From Terracidiphilus sp. (GTDB taxonomy: Bacteria; Acidobacteriota; Terriglobia; Terriglobales; Acidobacteriaceae), in assembly GCA_036489245.1 (NCBI GenBank), contig DASXGD010000387.1:1-51599 (forward strand): a stretch of 51,599 bases of DNA. The letters run 5' to 3'. A program made the position numbers and the translations under genes. The number at the start of each line of letters is the position of its first letter. The stretch's first letter is position 1. Shown one piece after another: positions 11,201 to 19,755 of this stretch. The notes below the pieces were generated by a model that was given only the letters and a program-made list of their open reading frames with translations, was not told where the DNA came from and ran no database searches.

Positions 11201-11402
11201 TTCCGGCCATGCGCAGGAACGATCGCAACGGGCCGGGAATGACCACGGTTCCAGACGTCGGCCCTTGCGGCGATCGACTTTCCGAAGCCTGCGTACCGCT
11301 GGAGCTTGTCTGCCCCACTGCCGGAGCCTTAGCCGTGCAGCAGGTCGCCATAAGGAGAAAAACCACGATGGGAACGGATTGGGAGCGAAGCGGAGACTTC
11401 AT
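8289..11402 (-). CDS. Large exported hypothetical protein (~1037 aa)
   Basis: Long ORF. Likely start MKSPLRSQ followed by a hydrophobic signal segment. Ends 18 bp before the VWA gene start. Confidence 0.8.
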   Translation of the reverse strand: MKSPLRSQSVPIVVFLLMATCCTAKAPAVGQTSSSGTQASESRSPQGPTSGTVVIPGPLRSFLRMAGISQEVSLDEVLPMLARNASLYGYQGGRETEFLVLVDRYLHQARELQSLADAKGTIKVTGCDDAARLIEILGYKYQRGCGPKDVALVTANAERAFLTIDSGFPLTTLEQSLEKNEPFTYSFPATLVPMIFEEKDWVDVSTWNKKGGENLVDQLLHDQNLDRLYAALSKSDQETQLALLQSPGLKRLATVASVFDLYGREICIRSGKVVVPADADKAWEELVGTSPNSAGDFVIRLLTRDNGWLAAYFDVLSRLNQAQQAHFADGSRMRRLYNAYRSTASPANAAHGVFPRNAELLMLFTSLKWEENGDLAVPGGIAVWQEILSKKNKSTSVRETVKRGHCCDNPERLLDTLVAAANLDRDSGPTQIFLMLSAINAARPPGKSMSDPTELVVAERLPQFNRWFPIFAEFPALDDTSITHFVSAADRIDGISNPALRANALGAFQAEVGLWEIFARQGQIATEKLNSSWQDAVQPYTGIGSSVQLFEAARTSLKSILQAAGGNGDFTQDQIVDLLAGPSQQNSDSQRVHQELASRIHAVMDDQRLVSLDSLFGLYDGLTEMSHGASVGSTLLPLAGNLREFEMPRPIFTGNEKSSWSPIVYSSRHAELQVRTDLTKILRSPGSKAQLEAARGQLTPFLRDTLVGLNYAYYEPPGAEVLHNNPLFIRSHDFSSISVQGIEHIWGVPELIGVGATAGGGAYLMGSLADLPYALASTEEDFIAPKNVQALIWKEVVPDLLVGAVLPRWWSVSRNELHAAALYQRAGEELLIASATNADLRAKVISILTDRMTPDRVERTEQALQNPSRVKALVRQTLPAENFYLAVEFKKRYPDQVSQWGPAGRELEELSSKDPTDITPARLSADFGVPHPALVLTNTCALLNMKPLSAYGGNASRLLAESWESNNLYWARLADEMGYSPVMLNILVPTLTRRMVANIFASNIDDWPALLRALEETGDEFREGKITIQAPSTIARQ

Positions 11403-11813
11403 TGAGCATACCCCTCGGCGATAAAGTGGCCCGACCCAGGCGGCTGCTCGCAGCTCGGGCCTCCCAAGGGGGAGCAAGCCGCAGTGCGGTCTGGGCGCGG
11501 AACAACCATATTCCTTTTTTCACTAGCGTGAAACAATTGCTGCCGACGGTCCACGGCTGCCGCGGGGACGCAACGCGGGAAGCCGTTCTGCCTCTAGTTT
11601 GCGGGTCTTAGTCCAGCGCCCACATCCTCGATATTCGGGTGACGTGAGGGGAATCACCCGGACCGGTGAACCATCATCGCAAATCATCAATCGCCCGGCA
11701 AGTATTCTCTCGAAATGGCTTTGATCGGGCAGTGCGGCCGTTCCCGCCGGCCTGGAGAGAACCGGCTGGTTCCGCGGCCGAGCTCCCTTTCTCACCAGGA
11801 CGGAGGGGCAAGT

Positions 11814-11842
11814 GTTCCAAGGTTTCCAGGTTCACAGTTTCC
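11814..11842. repeat. Degenerate 8-nt-period tandem array (GTTYCMAG-like)
   Basis: GTTCCAAG GTTTCCAG GTTCACAG TTTCC in the intergenic region downstream of cheR. Confidence 0.4.
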
Positions 11843-11918
11843 TTGGGATTGGACAGCGGACTCGTTGACGAAGAACAAGTTACCTTCCAGTGTCCGCGCT
11901 CATCCGCAGAGGGCCGTT

Positions 11919-12800
11919 TTAGGTCGCACGCAGACTTTCGTCCCTCGTTTCGCCGCTGGTCTCTTTTGTTCCTGATCGCGGTTGCGGCAAGGGGCGATAG
12001 TGGCATGTTCCGCCGGCCAGCACCGGGACCCACAACGGTGCATCCCCCGGTTGTTCGCTCGAGCCGAGAAACAGAAATCCGTCGGGCGCGAGAAGAGGGT
12101 GCGTCGCAGACAGCAGATGTTGGCGGGTTTCGGGGGTGAAATAAAGCATGACGTTGCGCAGAAAAATAAGATCAAAGCGGTCGGAAAAGGGCAGGGGGCA
12201 TGCGCACAGGTTGACATGCCGGAACCGGCACAGGTCGTGGATCAAGGGTTTAGCCGCCCACTCTTCCCCCAGGTGATCGAAGTATCGCATCAGGTAGCGG
12301 GCGGGGAGCCCGCGATTCATCTCGATGCGGTGATAGCGTCCGGCGCGGGCGCGGTCAACGGCTTCCGAGCACAGGTCCGTACCTTCAATGCGGATGTCCC
12401 AGCTGCCAAGCTGCGGAAAGTGCTCGCGGAGCACCATTGCCAGGCTTAATGCTTCCTGACCGGTCGAGGAGGCTGCGCTCCAGAATCGCAGTGTTCGAGC
12501 CGCGCGGCGGCTTTCGATAAGCCTCGGCAGCAGATCCGTGCGCAGTAGTTCGAATGGCCGATGATCGCGGAAAAAGCTGGTCTCGTTGATGGTCATGGCC
12601 TCGGCAACGGCGGCCTCAAGTGCCGCATCCTTGCCCAGCCGGAGGTACCGTACCAATCCCTCCAGGTGGCCCAGGCCATGGTTGCGCGCCAGGCGGACAA
12701 GGCGAATGTCAAACAGGTAGTCGCGGGAAGGGTCGAGCACATTGTGTGAATGCGAATAGACCACCTGGCGCAGGTAAGCGTAGTCGGTTGCCGTTGGCAT
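11919..12800 (-). CDS. cheR: Chemotaxis protein methyltransferase CheR
   Basis: TINETSFFRD, WSAASSTGQE, FDLIFLRNVMLYF, GFLFLGSSE. Start ATG overlaps the cheB stop (TGATG). Confidence 0.92.
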   Translation of the reverse strand: MPTATDYAYLRQVVYSHSHNVLDPSRDYLFDIRLVRLARNHGLGHLEGLVRYLRLGKDAALEAAVAEAMTINETSFFRDHRPFELLRTDLLPRLIESRRAARTLRFWSAASSTGQEALSLAMVLREHFPQLGSWDIRIEGTDLCSEAVDRARAGRYHRIEMNRGLPARYLMRYFDHLGEEWAAKPLIHDLCRFRHVNLCACPLPFSDRFDLIFLRNVMLYFTPETRQHLLSATHPLLAPDGFLFLGSSEQPGDAPLWVPVLAGGTCHYRPLPQPRSGTKETSGETRDESLRAT

Positions 12801-13957
12801 CAGGCCACCGATCCCTGCACCGCGGGACCGGTGATGCAACTTCTCCCGGCCAGGCGAACGATTTCCGGTCCGATCGCGCTTAAAGGAAGCACCCGGTTGG
12901 CCAACCCCGCCGCTGCTACTGCGCCCGGCATCCCCCAGACAGTGCTGGTGGCCTGGTCCTGGGCCAGGACCACGCTCCCCGCGTTGCGAAGAATCCGGCA
13001 ACCGGCAAGTCCGTCGGATCCCATGCCGGTTAGAACGACGCCCAGCACATGGCGCCCATAGACGGCGGCCACGCTGCGAAACAAGACATTCGCGGAAGGG
13101 CGGCAATGGTTTTCAGGCGGCCCCTGGCTCAGATGGAGCGCGACGGGCAGGTCGGATGGGGCGGTCCAGCCGGATCGGGGCCGGTTGGCGGCAACTGCCT
13201 CCAGGTGCCAGTTGCCACGCGCGATCGAAATCGTGCCCGCGCTCACCGGGGTGCCTTCCTCCGCCTCGCGCACCTTCAACCGGCAGCCGCGATTCAGCCG
13301 CTCTGCGAGCAGACTTGTAAACAACTCAGGCATGTGCTGCACCACCAGTACCGGCAGGGGAAAACATGGGGGAAGTGCGGGGAGCACCACGTCGAGCGCG
13401 GCCGGACCGCCGGTGGAGACGGCGATGGCCACGACCGCGGGCGGGCCCTGGTCCTGCGCTTCGGGTCGCAACACCCGGGGCGCGTCCCCCAGAGTGCTGG
13501 TCAGGCCAAGCTCGCTCGGGTCGGGGGCCGGCCGCGAGGCAAGGGCCTTGATTTTGGGGATCAGGTCTTGCGCCAGCCTTCGCAGGGCGGATTCGCGATC
13601 CGCCTGGCCCGCCGGCTTGGTAACGTAGTCCGCCGCCCCACATGCCAAAGCCTCGATCGTGACCTGCGCGCCCCGCTGGGTGAGCGCACTGCACATGATG
13701 ACCGGTACGCGATGACCGCGCATGCGCAGTCTTCGCAGTGTGGTCAGCCCATCCATCACCGGCATTTCGACATCCAGCAGCACCAGGTCGGGGCGCAGCC
13801 GCTCGATCGCCTGCAATGCCGATTCCCCGTCTGCCGCGGTCCCCGCCACTTCCAGCGAGGAATCGACGGCGATCACGGATCGCAGCAGGGTACGCATCAC
13901 GACCGAGTCGTCCACGATCAGAATGCGTACGCGGAGACAATTTGAGGTTGCATTCAC
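12800..13957 (-). CDS. cheB: Chemotaxis methylesterase CheB (REC + methylesterase)
   Basis: REC: ILIVDDS, LLDVEMP. Catalytic S (STGG), H (VQHMP) and D (TGMGSDG). Confidence 0.95.
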   Translation of the reverse strand: MNATSNCLRVRILIVDDSVVMRTLLRSVIAVDSSLEVAGTAADGESALQAIERLRPDLVLLDVEMPVMDGLTTLRRLRMRGHRVPVIMCSALTQRGAQVTIEALACGAADYVTKPAGQADRESALRRLAQDLIPKIKALASRPAPDPSELGLTSTLGDAPRVLRPEAQDQGPPAVVAIAVSTGGPAALDVVLPALPPCFPLPVLVVQHMPELFTSLLAERLNRGCRLKVREAEEGTPVSAGTISIARGNWHLEAVAANRPRSGWTAPSDLPVALHLSQGPPENHCRPSANVLFRSVAAVYGRHVLGVVLTGMGSDGLAGCRILRNAGSVVLAQDQATSTVWGMPGAVAAAGLANRVLPLSAIGPEIVRLAGRSCITGPAVQGSVA

Positions 13958-13965
13958 GCCGATCT

Positions 13966-14445
13966 TTACCCCACCCTCGCCAGCCGCATGGGATCCAGCC
14001 GTTCCGGATCAAGTGCGACCAGGACTCCGCCGTTCAACCGATAGGCGCCGGCGAACAGCTGTCGTTTTCGCTCCTCCACGGTGGAGGGGTTGGGTTCGTA
14101 ATCTGCGGACGAGACAGTCAGCACCTCGCCGACAGAGTCAACCATCAGGCCAAAGCATCCGCCCGTGCCTTCGAGAACGAGCATGTCCTGCGGGCCATCC
14201 CTGGGGGGAAGATCGAGCAGCTGGCGCAGGCTCACGGTCGTCAACACCTCGCCGCGATAGTGCACAATGCCGCCCACAAAGCGAGGCGCAAGCGGCACCG
14301 GCTGCGGGCTTGTCTGCCCCACGATCTCGAGGATGTGGGTGATCGGGACACCAAAGAGCCGCTTGTCCACCCGCACAGAACACATTTCCGCCATTGCCGC
14401 CCGATCCTTCTCGTTGCGATCGATCCCAACCGTCATGGTGCTCAT
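13966..14445 (-). CDS. cheW: Chemotaxis coupling protein CheW
   Basis: FGVPITHILEI, VPLAPRFVGGIVHYRGEV, FGLMVDSVGEV. ATG overlaps the cheA stop (ATGA). Confidence 0.92.
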   Translation of the reverse strand: MSTMTVGIDRNEKDRAAMAEMCSVRVDKRLFGVPITHILEIVGQTSPQPVPLAPRFVGGIVHYRGEVLTTVSLRQLLDLPPRDGPQDMLVLEGTGGCFGLMVDSVGEVLTVSSADYEPNPSTVEERKRQLFAGAYRLNGGVLVALDPERLDPMRLARVG

Positions 14446-16661
14446 CGCGTCATCTCCGCGTATTCGTTCCAACCCCGCGGGCCGGGCTCAACAGCCGCCA
14501 GCGGCGCAACTCCTGTCCGGTCGATGATGGCTGTGACCCGGTCCTTCAACAGCGTGACTCCCCCTGCCGCCTGGCGGGTTCCTGCCTCGAACAGCGCTCC
14601 GCCCGAGGCCACATCGAGCACATGAGATACGGCAATACCCACGTGCCGGCAGCCCTCCCGGCAGACCACGATGATGATCCGTGCCCCGGGATCGGATTGA
14701 GCCGCCGCCACCAGGCCGCCCGTATCTTCCACCGGGACGAGCTGTCCTTCGAAGTTGATAACCTGCCGATAGCCGATCGACTCGACGCGCGCTACGGGAA
14801 TCTGCTCGATCCGCACCACGTCGGCCAGGGGAACAGCGGCCTGGCGTCCCCCGGTCTCGACCAGCAGATATTCCCCGCGGACTCCATTGTCCTCGCCGGC
14901 TTCGAGCGGTTTGGCTTGCATTGCTTCCTCTTCGCCCCGGATGGCGACTCCGGCCTTGAGAGCAATGGCGCTTGGGTCGAGGATCAGGGCCAATGCGGCG
15001 TTGCCGAGCACCGTGGCGCCGGAATAAAGCCCGATGCCTTTCAGCACCGGGCTCAGCGGCTTGACGACGATTTCTTCCGGATCGGCGAGCCCTTCCACCA
15101 CCAGCCCGAAATGCCGGCCGTCTGCATCCAGTACCGCGATAAAGTTGTGCCGGTGCGTTGTATTTTCAGTTGCCGCCGCACCCGTCAGCAGGCGCTCGAG
15201 GAAGACCAGCGGGAGCAACTTGCCGCGCAATCGATACAGGGGCGCATTTTCGATCCATTCAATGGCCGTCGCTGCCTGTTCCTCCGACACATGCACCAGT
15301 TCCGATAGCGCTCCCTGGGGAACGGCGAAACTCTGGTTGAGGCTGCGCACGATCAGGGCCGGAATGATGGCCAGCGTGAGCGGGATGCGCAGCCGAAGGG
15401 TGGTGCCTTTGCCGGGACGCGAATCAAGCTCGACTTTGCCGCCGATCTTTTCCACGTTGGTGCGCACTACGTCCATCCCCACCCCCCGTCCGCTGACGTT
15501 GGTCACGGCGGCGGCGGTCGAGAATCCGGGCAGGAAAATGAGTTGCAGCAGTTCGCGCTCGGACTGTTGCTCAGCGCGTTCGGCGGTGATCAGTCCGCGT
15601 TCGATCGCTTTCTGGCGGATCCGCTCCACCGCCATCCCTGCCCCGTCGTCCGAGATCTCGATCAGGACATGGCTGCCTTCCTGGAAGGCCCGCAGGCGCA
15701 GCATCCCTTCGGGATTCTTTCCCGCCGCGGCGCGCACCTCCGGCGGTTCAATGCCGTGATCGAGCGCGTTGCGGACCGCGTGCGTTAACGGATCCTTGAT
15801 GGCTTCGAGCAGGCTTTTGTCCAGCTCGGTGTCCTGGCCTTCCATCTCCAGCCGTACCTTGCGGCCCAGGTCGTGCGAAAGGTCCCGCACCATGCGAGGA
15901 ACCTTGGAAAACACGTTCGACACCGGCTGCATGCGCGCCTTCATCACCGATTCGCGCAAGTCGGCCGTCACCATATCGAGGCGGCGTGAAAGCAATGTCA
16001 TGCGGGGATCGGCGGAGGTGGCCTGCAACACCTGGTTGCGCGTAAGAACCAGCTCGCCGACGAGATTCATCATCCGGTTGAGCAGCGAGATATCGACGCG
16101 CAGGGTGCTTTCGGCGGCGGAAGTCGGGATTGGCGCAGATACCGCCCCGGATTCCTGCGGACTGGCAGCGGGTGTGTGGCGCGGGTCTGCGGCGGGGAGC
16201 AGCGGCACGGGCGTTGCCGCTTCATCCGGATCGGCCTCAGGCTGCGGACCGTTGGGCCGGATCGGTTTTAATTTCTCGTTCCCCGGGGTCTGCAGCGCCT
16301 CCAGTTGATCGATCAACTCGGAATCGTCGCCGTGTCCTTCGCTCCCCTCCGATTCGATGGTTCTCAGAATGAGGCGCAGCCCGTCCAGAAGCTGCAGAAG
16401 ACCAGTAATCACCTGCCGGTCCGCCTCCAGTTTCGCATCCCGGAGCAGCCCCAGCAGGTTTTCACCCGCGTGTGCCACCTTCTCCAGGCGCTTGAATCCC
16501 AGAAAACCCGTGGTCCCTTTAATGGTGTGCACGGAACGGAATATTTCCGCCAGCAGCCCGGTGTCGCCCGGCCGCGTCTCCAACTCGGTCAGGCTCCGCT
16601 CCATGCGATCCAGGCCCTCCTGGCTCTCGATCAGGAATTCTCGCGTCAGTTCGTCCATCAC
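14442..16661 (-). CDS. cheA: Chemotaxis histidine kinase CheA (Hpt, dimerisation, HATPase, two CheW-like domains)
   Basis: FRSVHTIKG Hpt, NLVGELVL, HAVRNALDHGIE, DDGAG, FLPGFST, SGRGVGMDVV, then two CheW-like domains. Confidence 0.95.
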   Translation of the reverse strand: MMDELTREFLIESQEGLDRMERSLTELETRPGDTGLLAEIFRSVHTIKGTTGFLGFKRLEKVAHAGENLLGLLRDAKLEADRQVITGLLQLLDGLRLILRTIESEGSEGHGDDSELIDQLEALQTPGNEKLKPIRPNGPQPEADPDEAATPVPLLPAADPRHTPAASPQESGAVSAPIPTSAAESTLRVDISLLNRMMNLVGELVLTRNQVLQATSADPRMTLLSRRLDMVTADLRESVMKARMQPVSNVFSKVPRMVRDLSHDLGRKVRLEMEGQDTELDKSLLEAIKDPLTHAVRNALDHGIEPPEVRAAAGKNPEGMLRLRAFQEGSHVLIEISDDGAGMAVERIRQKAIERGLITAERAEQQSERELLQLIFLPGFSTAAAVTNVSGRGVGMDVVRTNVEKIGGKVELDSRPGKGTTLRLRIPLTLAIIPALIVRSLNQSFAVPQGALSELVHVSEEQAATAIEWIENAPLYRLRGKLLPLVFLERLLTGAAATENTTHRHNFIAVLDADGRHFGLVVEGLADPEEIVVKPLSPVLKGIGLYSGATVLGNAALALILDPSAIALKAGVAIRGEEEAMQAKPLEAGEDNGVRGEYLLVETGGRQAAVPLADVVRIEQIPVARVESIGYRQVINFEGQLVPVEDTGGLVAAAQSDPGARIIIVVCREGCRHVGIAVSHVLDVASGGALFEAGTRQAAGGVTLLKDRVTAIIDRTGVAPLAAVEPGPRGWNEYAEMTR

Positions 16662-16716
16662 TCCGCTCTCGGGCCGCGCTCGAATTCCTCCCGCGGCGCG
16701 GGCGCCCTCGATTGGT

Positions 16717-16743
16717 TTATCGGAGAAACCGGGTGCGACTTGA
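16717..16743 (-). promoter_or_regulatory. Sigma-28 (FliA)-type promoter for the che operon
   Basis: Minus strand reads TCAA-N15-TCCGATAA versus consensus TAAA-N15-GCCGATAA, about 55 nt upstream of cheA. Confidence 0.65.
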
Positions 16744-16751
16744 GACGGACC

Positions 16752-16782
16752 AGGGACTGGAGGGACGAGGGACGAAGGGACC
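16752..16782. repeat. AGGGAC x4 short tandem array
   Basis: AGGGAC at 16752, 16761, 16768 and 16776, just downstream of the TIGR03435 stop. Confidence 0.55.
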
Positions 16783-17637
16783 CTAATTCTGGGAAGGCAG
16801 GTCGAGGTGATCGATCACCAGGATCGGTACTGGTCCCTTTCCCGACTCGAGCTTGAGGCCGAGCTGCTCCTGAATGGCGGTGAAGATCGAAGGACCCGTG
16901 TCGGCTGATGCAGTGGCGGCTCCGGCTGGAGCATCGTCGGGGGTCCACTTCAGCGACAACTCGTATCGACCGTCAAGTCCGGTCTTGTCGACCACGATCC
17001 GCCCCAGCGATCGCGACAACTGCTCCGCCAGCAGCGCCAGCGTGTGATCGCTTCCCTTGATCGTGATCTGGCTGCTGCCGTTGTTGATGGTGGTCCCGTT
17101 GATTTTGGAAGGCTGAAACCGCGGTCCGCCTTTGGCCACGACCAGCGCGTAGATGGGCAGTTCGCGGGTCTCCTGGTGAACTTTCAACGCGAAACGGTCG
17201 GCCAGCAGAGCCTGCAGCATATGCTGCTTCTGCTCTCGCGCGGGAGCGGAATCGAGCCCCCGCAACTGGGCGTCGATGGCCGGATCGGATTTTGCCTCGA
17301 GGTCAAATCTTGCTGAACGCATCCATCCGGGGCCGCCCGAGATGCGCGACTCCAGCATGCCGAATGCGTATCGGATCAGTTCCATGGCGGTCACATTCTG
17401 CGCCTTGAAATTTCCATCCGACGCCGAACTCCATATGTGGGAATGCCCGGTTGTGTCGCCAGGGTTGGGGCGAATCACGGCCACGTCAAAGTCCGGCGAA
17501 GGCGCCGACGTGATACCAGCGGGTGCAGCTGTGCCGGTCTGGCTTGCCGCGGACTGGGCGAAGCAAAGAGGTATTGCCGTCAGCACAAGCGTGGCTGCGG
17601 CGCACACGAAGCGTTGGAGGCCGGGATGTGAAATCAT
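16783..17637 (-). CDS. TIGR03435 family (DUF3738) exported protein
   Basis: Signal peptide. FDVAVIRP, GGPGW...RFDLEAK, MLQALLADRFALKVH, VVDKTGLDGRY, SIFTAIQEQLGLKLE. Confidence 0.9.
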   Translation of the reverse strand: MISHPGLQRFVCAAATLVLTAIPLCFAQSAASQTGTAAPAGITSAPSPDFDVAVIRPNPGDTTGHSHIWSSASDGNFKAQNVTAMELIRYAFGMLESRISGGPGWMRSARFDLEAKSDPAIDAQLRGLDSAPAREQKQHMLQALLADRFALKVHQETRELPIYALVVAKGGPRFQPSKINGTTINNGSSQITIKGSDHTLALLAEQLSRSLGRIVVDKTGLDGRYELSLKWTPDDAPAGAATASADTGPSIFTAIQEQLGLKLESGKGPVPILVIDHLDLPSQN

Positions 17638-17721
17638 GCCTTTCCCTCCCTCAACCCACGACGCGTCTCCATGCGGACTGGCGAGACTCTCGCTTTTGGA
17701 CCCACCGCGTATGATGCTTCC

Positions 17722-18141
17722 ATGTCGATGACGAACCCGTCCGTATCGGCGCTCAAGACTCTATACGAAGACGCCCTGAAAGCGGCACAGAATTCATACG
17801 CTCCCTACTCCGGATTCAAGGTCGGCGCGGCCCTCCGTCTGGCTGGCGGCCAAATCGTCACCGGGACCAATGTTGAAAATGTAAGCTACGGCCTCACCAT
17901 ATGCGCGGAACGCTCGGCGCTGGTGCGCGCCGTGTCCGAATTTGGCCCCGGCATTCGGGTTGCGGCCGTTGCCGTGGCCAACCTGAACGATGCGCCCAGC
18001 CCGCCCTGCGGAGCCTGCCGCCAGGTGCTGGCCGAATTCGTGCTGCCCGATGCGCCGGTCGCGTTTCCTGCGGCCACCGGGATGCGAGTGATGTCCTTTT
18101 CCGAGATCCTGCCGCTGGCCTTTGAGCTGAAGCTGAAGTGA
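17722..18141 (+). CDS. cdd: Cytidine deaminase
   Basis: SYAPYSGFKVGAAL, NVENVSYGLTICAER, PCGACRQVLAEF. Confidence 0.95.
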   Translation: MSMTNPSVSALKTLYEDALKAAQNSYAPYSGFKVGAALRLAGGQIVTGTNVENVSYGLTICAERSALVRAVSEFGPGIRVAAVAVANLNDAPSPPCGACRQVLAEFVLPDAPVAFPAATGMRVMSFSEILPLAFELKLK

Positions 18142-18151
18142 GGCAGACACG

Positions 18152-19603
18152 ATGAACGATGCGAAGTCCTCGCCGGGCGCTGCGAGCCAAGCCCTACCTC
18201 TCCACACCATCGACCTCATCCGCAAAAAGCGCGATGGCGGCACGCTGTCTGACGCCGAGATTCGTTTCCTGGTTGCGGGAACGGCCAATTCCTCCATCCC
18301 GCTTGAGCAGCTTTCCGCGTGGCTCATGGCCAGCCTTCTGCGCGGTCTTACGATGGATGAAATCCGCGCCCTGACCCTGGCCATGCGCGACTCCGGCGAG
18401 AAATTCTCTCCCGCGCGGCTGGGCAAGGTTGCCGTCGACAAGCACTCGACCGGCGGCGTGGGCGACAAGACGAGCTTCCTGGTTGCGCCCATCGCCGCGG
18501 CCTGCGGGCTGGCCGTGCCCATGATCAGCGGGCGCGCGCTGGGCCACACCGGCGGCACGGTGGACAAGCTGGAGTCCATTCCCGGATACCGCACCGCACT
18601 CTCCTTGTCCGAATTTGAAAATGTGCTGGCGGTTTGCGGGGCTTCCATTGTGAGCCAGACGCCAGCACTCGCTCCCGCCGACCGAGTCCTTTACTCCCTC
18701 CGCGACCGCACCGGCACGGTCGAGAGTCCCGGCCTGATTTGTGCGTCCATCCTGAGCAAGAAACTCGCCGCCGGTCTCGATGCGCTGGTGCTCGACGTGA
18801 AGACCGGTTCTGGCGCCTTCATGCGCAAGCGTGAGGACGCTGAATATCTGGCCGCGTTAATGGTCGCTACCGCCGAAGCTGCTGGAACCCGCACCGTCGC
18901 GCTGCTCACTGACATGGATCAACCGCTCGGCAACAGCGCCGGCAACTGGCTCGAGATCGCAGAGTGCCTTGAACTTCTGCGGGGCCGCCGCCCTGCGCAC
19001 AGCGAAGATCTCCTCCAGCTTTCGCTCGCTCTCGCGGGATGGATGATCCATCTCGGCGGGAAGGCGCCGACTCCCGAAGCGGGATCGCAACTGGCTGACG
19101 CCGCTCTTGCCGACGGCTCCGCGCTCGCAGTATTTATGAAGATGGCCGATGCCCACGGCGCCGATATCTCCGTGTTCGAAAATGCTGAAGCGTTCCACAG
19201 GCCGGACATGACAAACGTGCTCAACGCCTGGGACACCGGCTATATCGCTGCCATGGACACAACCACCATCGGCTGGGCCGTGCAGCGCACCGGCGCCGGC
19301 CGCGAACCGGCAGATGACTCCGAAGCCCCCCGCGAATCGTTAGGATGGGAGCCGGTCGATCCCCATGCCGGAATCATCTTCCATGCCCGCCGCGGCGACC
19401 GCATCGAAAAGGGGCAGCCGCTCGCCACCCTTTACGCCACCACGCCGGAACAACTCGCTGAATCCATCGACCTGCTTGAACGGGCAGTTCGCATCTCTCC
19501 GAAGCCGCCGCGCGCCGTGCCCCTCATCCAGCGCGTGTTCACTCGCAAAAATGCAGAGGCCTATCTCGGGGATGCTGTTAAGGTAAAAAAAGACAGCTCT
19601 TAG
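18152..19603 (+). CDS. pdp: Pyrimidine-nucleoside/thymidine phosphorylase
   Basis: IRKKRDG, DKHSTGGVGDK, SGRALGHTGGTVDKLESIPG, SILSKKLAAG, LDVKTGSGAFM. Confidence 0.93.
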   Translation: MNDAKSSPGAASQALPLHTIDLIRKKRDGGTLSDAEIRFLVAGTANSSIPLEQLSAWLMASLLRGLTMDEIRALTLAMRDSGEKFSPARLGKVAVDKHSTGGVGDKTSFLVAPIAAACGLAVPMISGRALGHTGGTVDKLESIPGYRTALSLSEFENVLAVCGASIVSQTPALAPADRVLYSLRDRTGTVESPGLICASILSKKLAAGLDALVLDVKTGSGAFMRKREDAEYLAALMVATAEAAGTRTVALLTDMDQPLGNSAGNWLEIAECLELLRGRRPAHSEDLLQLSLALAGWMIHLGGKAPTPEAGSQLADAALADGSALAVFMKMADAHGADISVFENAEAFHRPDMTNVLNAWDTGYIAAMDTTTIGWAVQRTGAGREPADDSEAPRESLGWEPVDPHAGIIFHARRGDRIEKGQPLATLYATTPEQLAESIDLLERAVRISPKPPRAVPLIQRVFTRKNAEAYLGDAVKVKKDSS

Positions 19604-19741
19604 CCCTTAGCCCTTAGCTCTTAGCTTCCAGTTGCGGTCCGCTGGACTACCGGCTTGATTCCTGCAAACTCAGAATCCGCCCCCTTGCTCCATACTCACG
19701 AGCGGGAGCTAATAGCTAACAGCTAAAAGCTGATAGCTGTT
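19595..19741. repeat. Two inverted arrays of 7-nt tandem repeats (AGCYCTT)n and (AGCTRAH)n
   Basis: 19595-19629: AGCTCTT AGCCCTT AGCCCTT AGCTCTT AGCTTCC. 19707-19741: AGCTAAT AGCTAAC AGCTAAA AGCTGAT AGCTGTT. Confidence 0.85.
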
Positions 19742-19755
19742 TTTCAGGAGCGCCA

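Noticed and set aside
11530-11620. GGGACGCAA suggested a c-di-GMP-I riboswitch near the che genes
   Set aside because: The upstream GCAAA/GNRA-tetraloop elements are missing and it lies on the wrong strand for the adjacent genes.
11403-11918. Small ORFs in the 500-bp spacer downstream of cheR
   Set aside because: No convincing RBS or protein-like composition.
12801-13106. N-terminal extension of the cheR ORF in the track
   Set aside because: Out-of-frame overlap with cheB; the true start is the coupled ATG at 12800.
19595-19741. Short repeat arrays as a CRISPR
   Set aside because: Units are 7 nt with no unique spacers and there are no cas genes.
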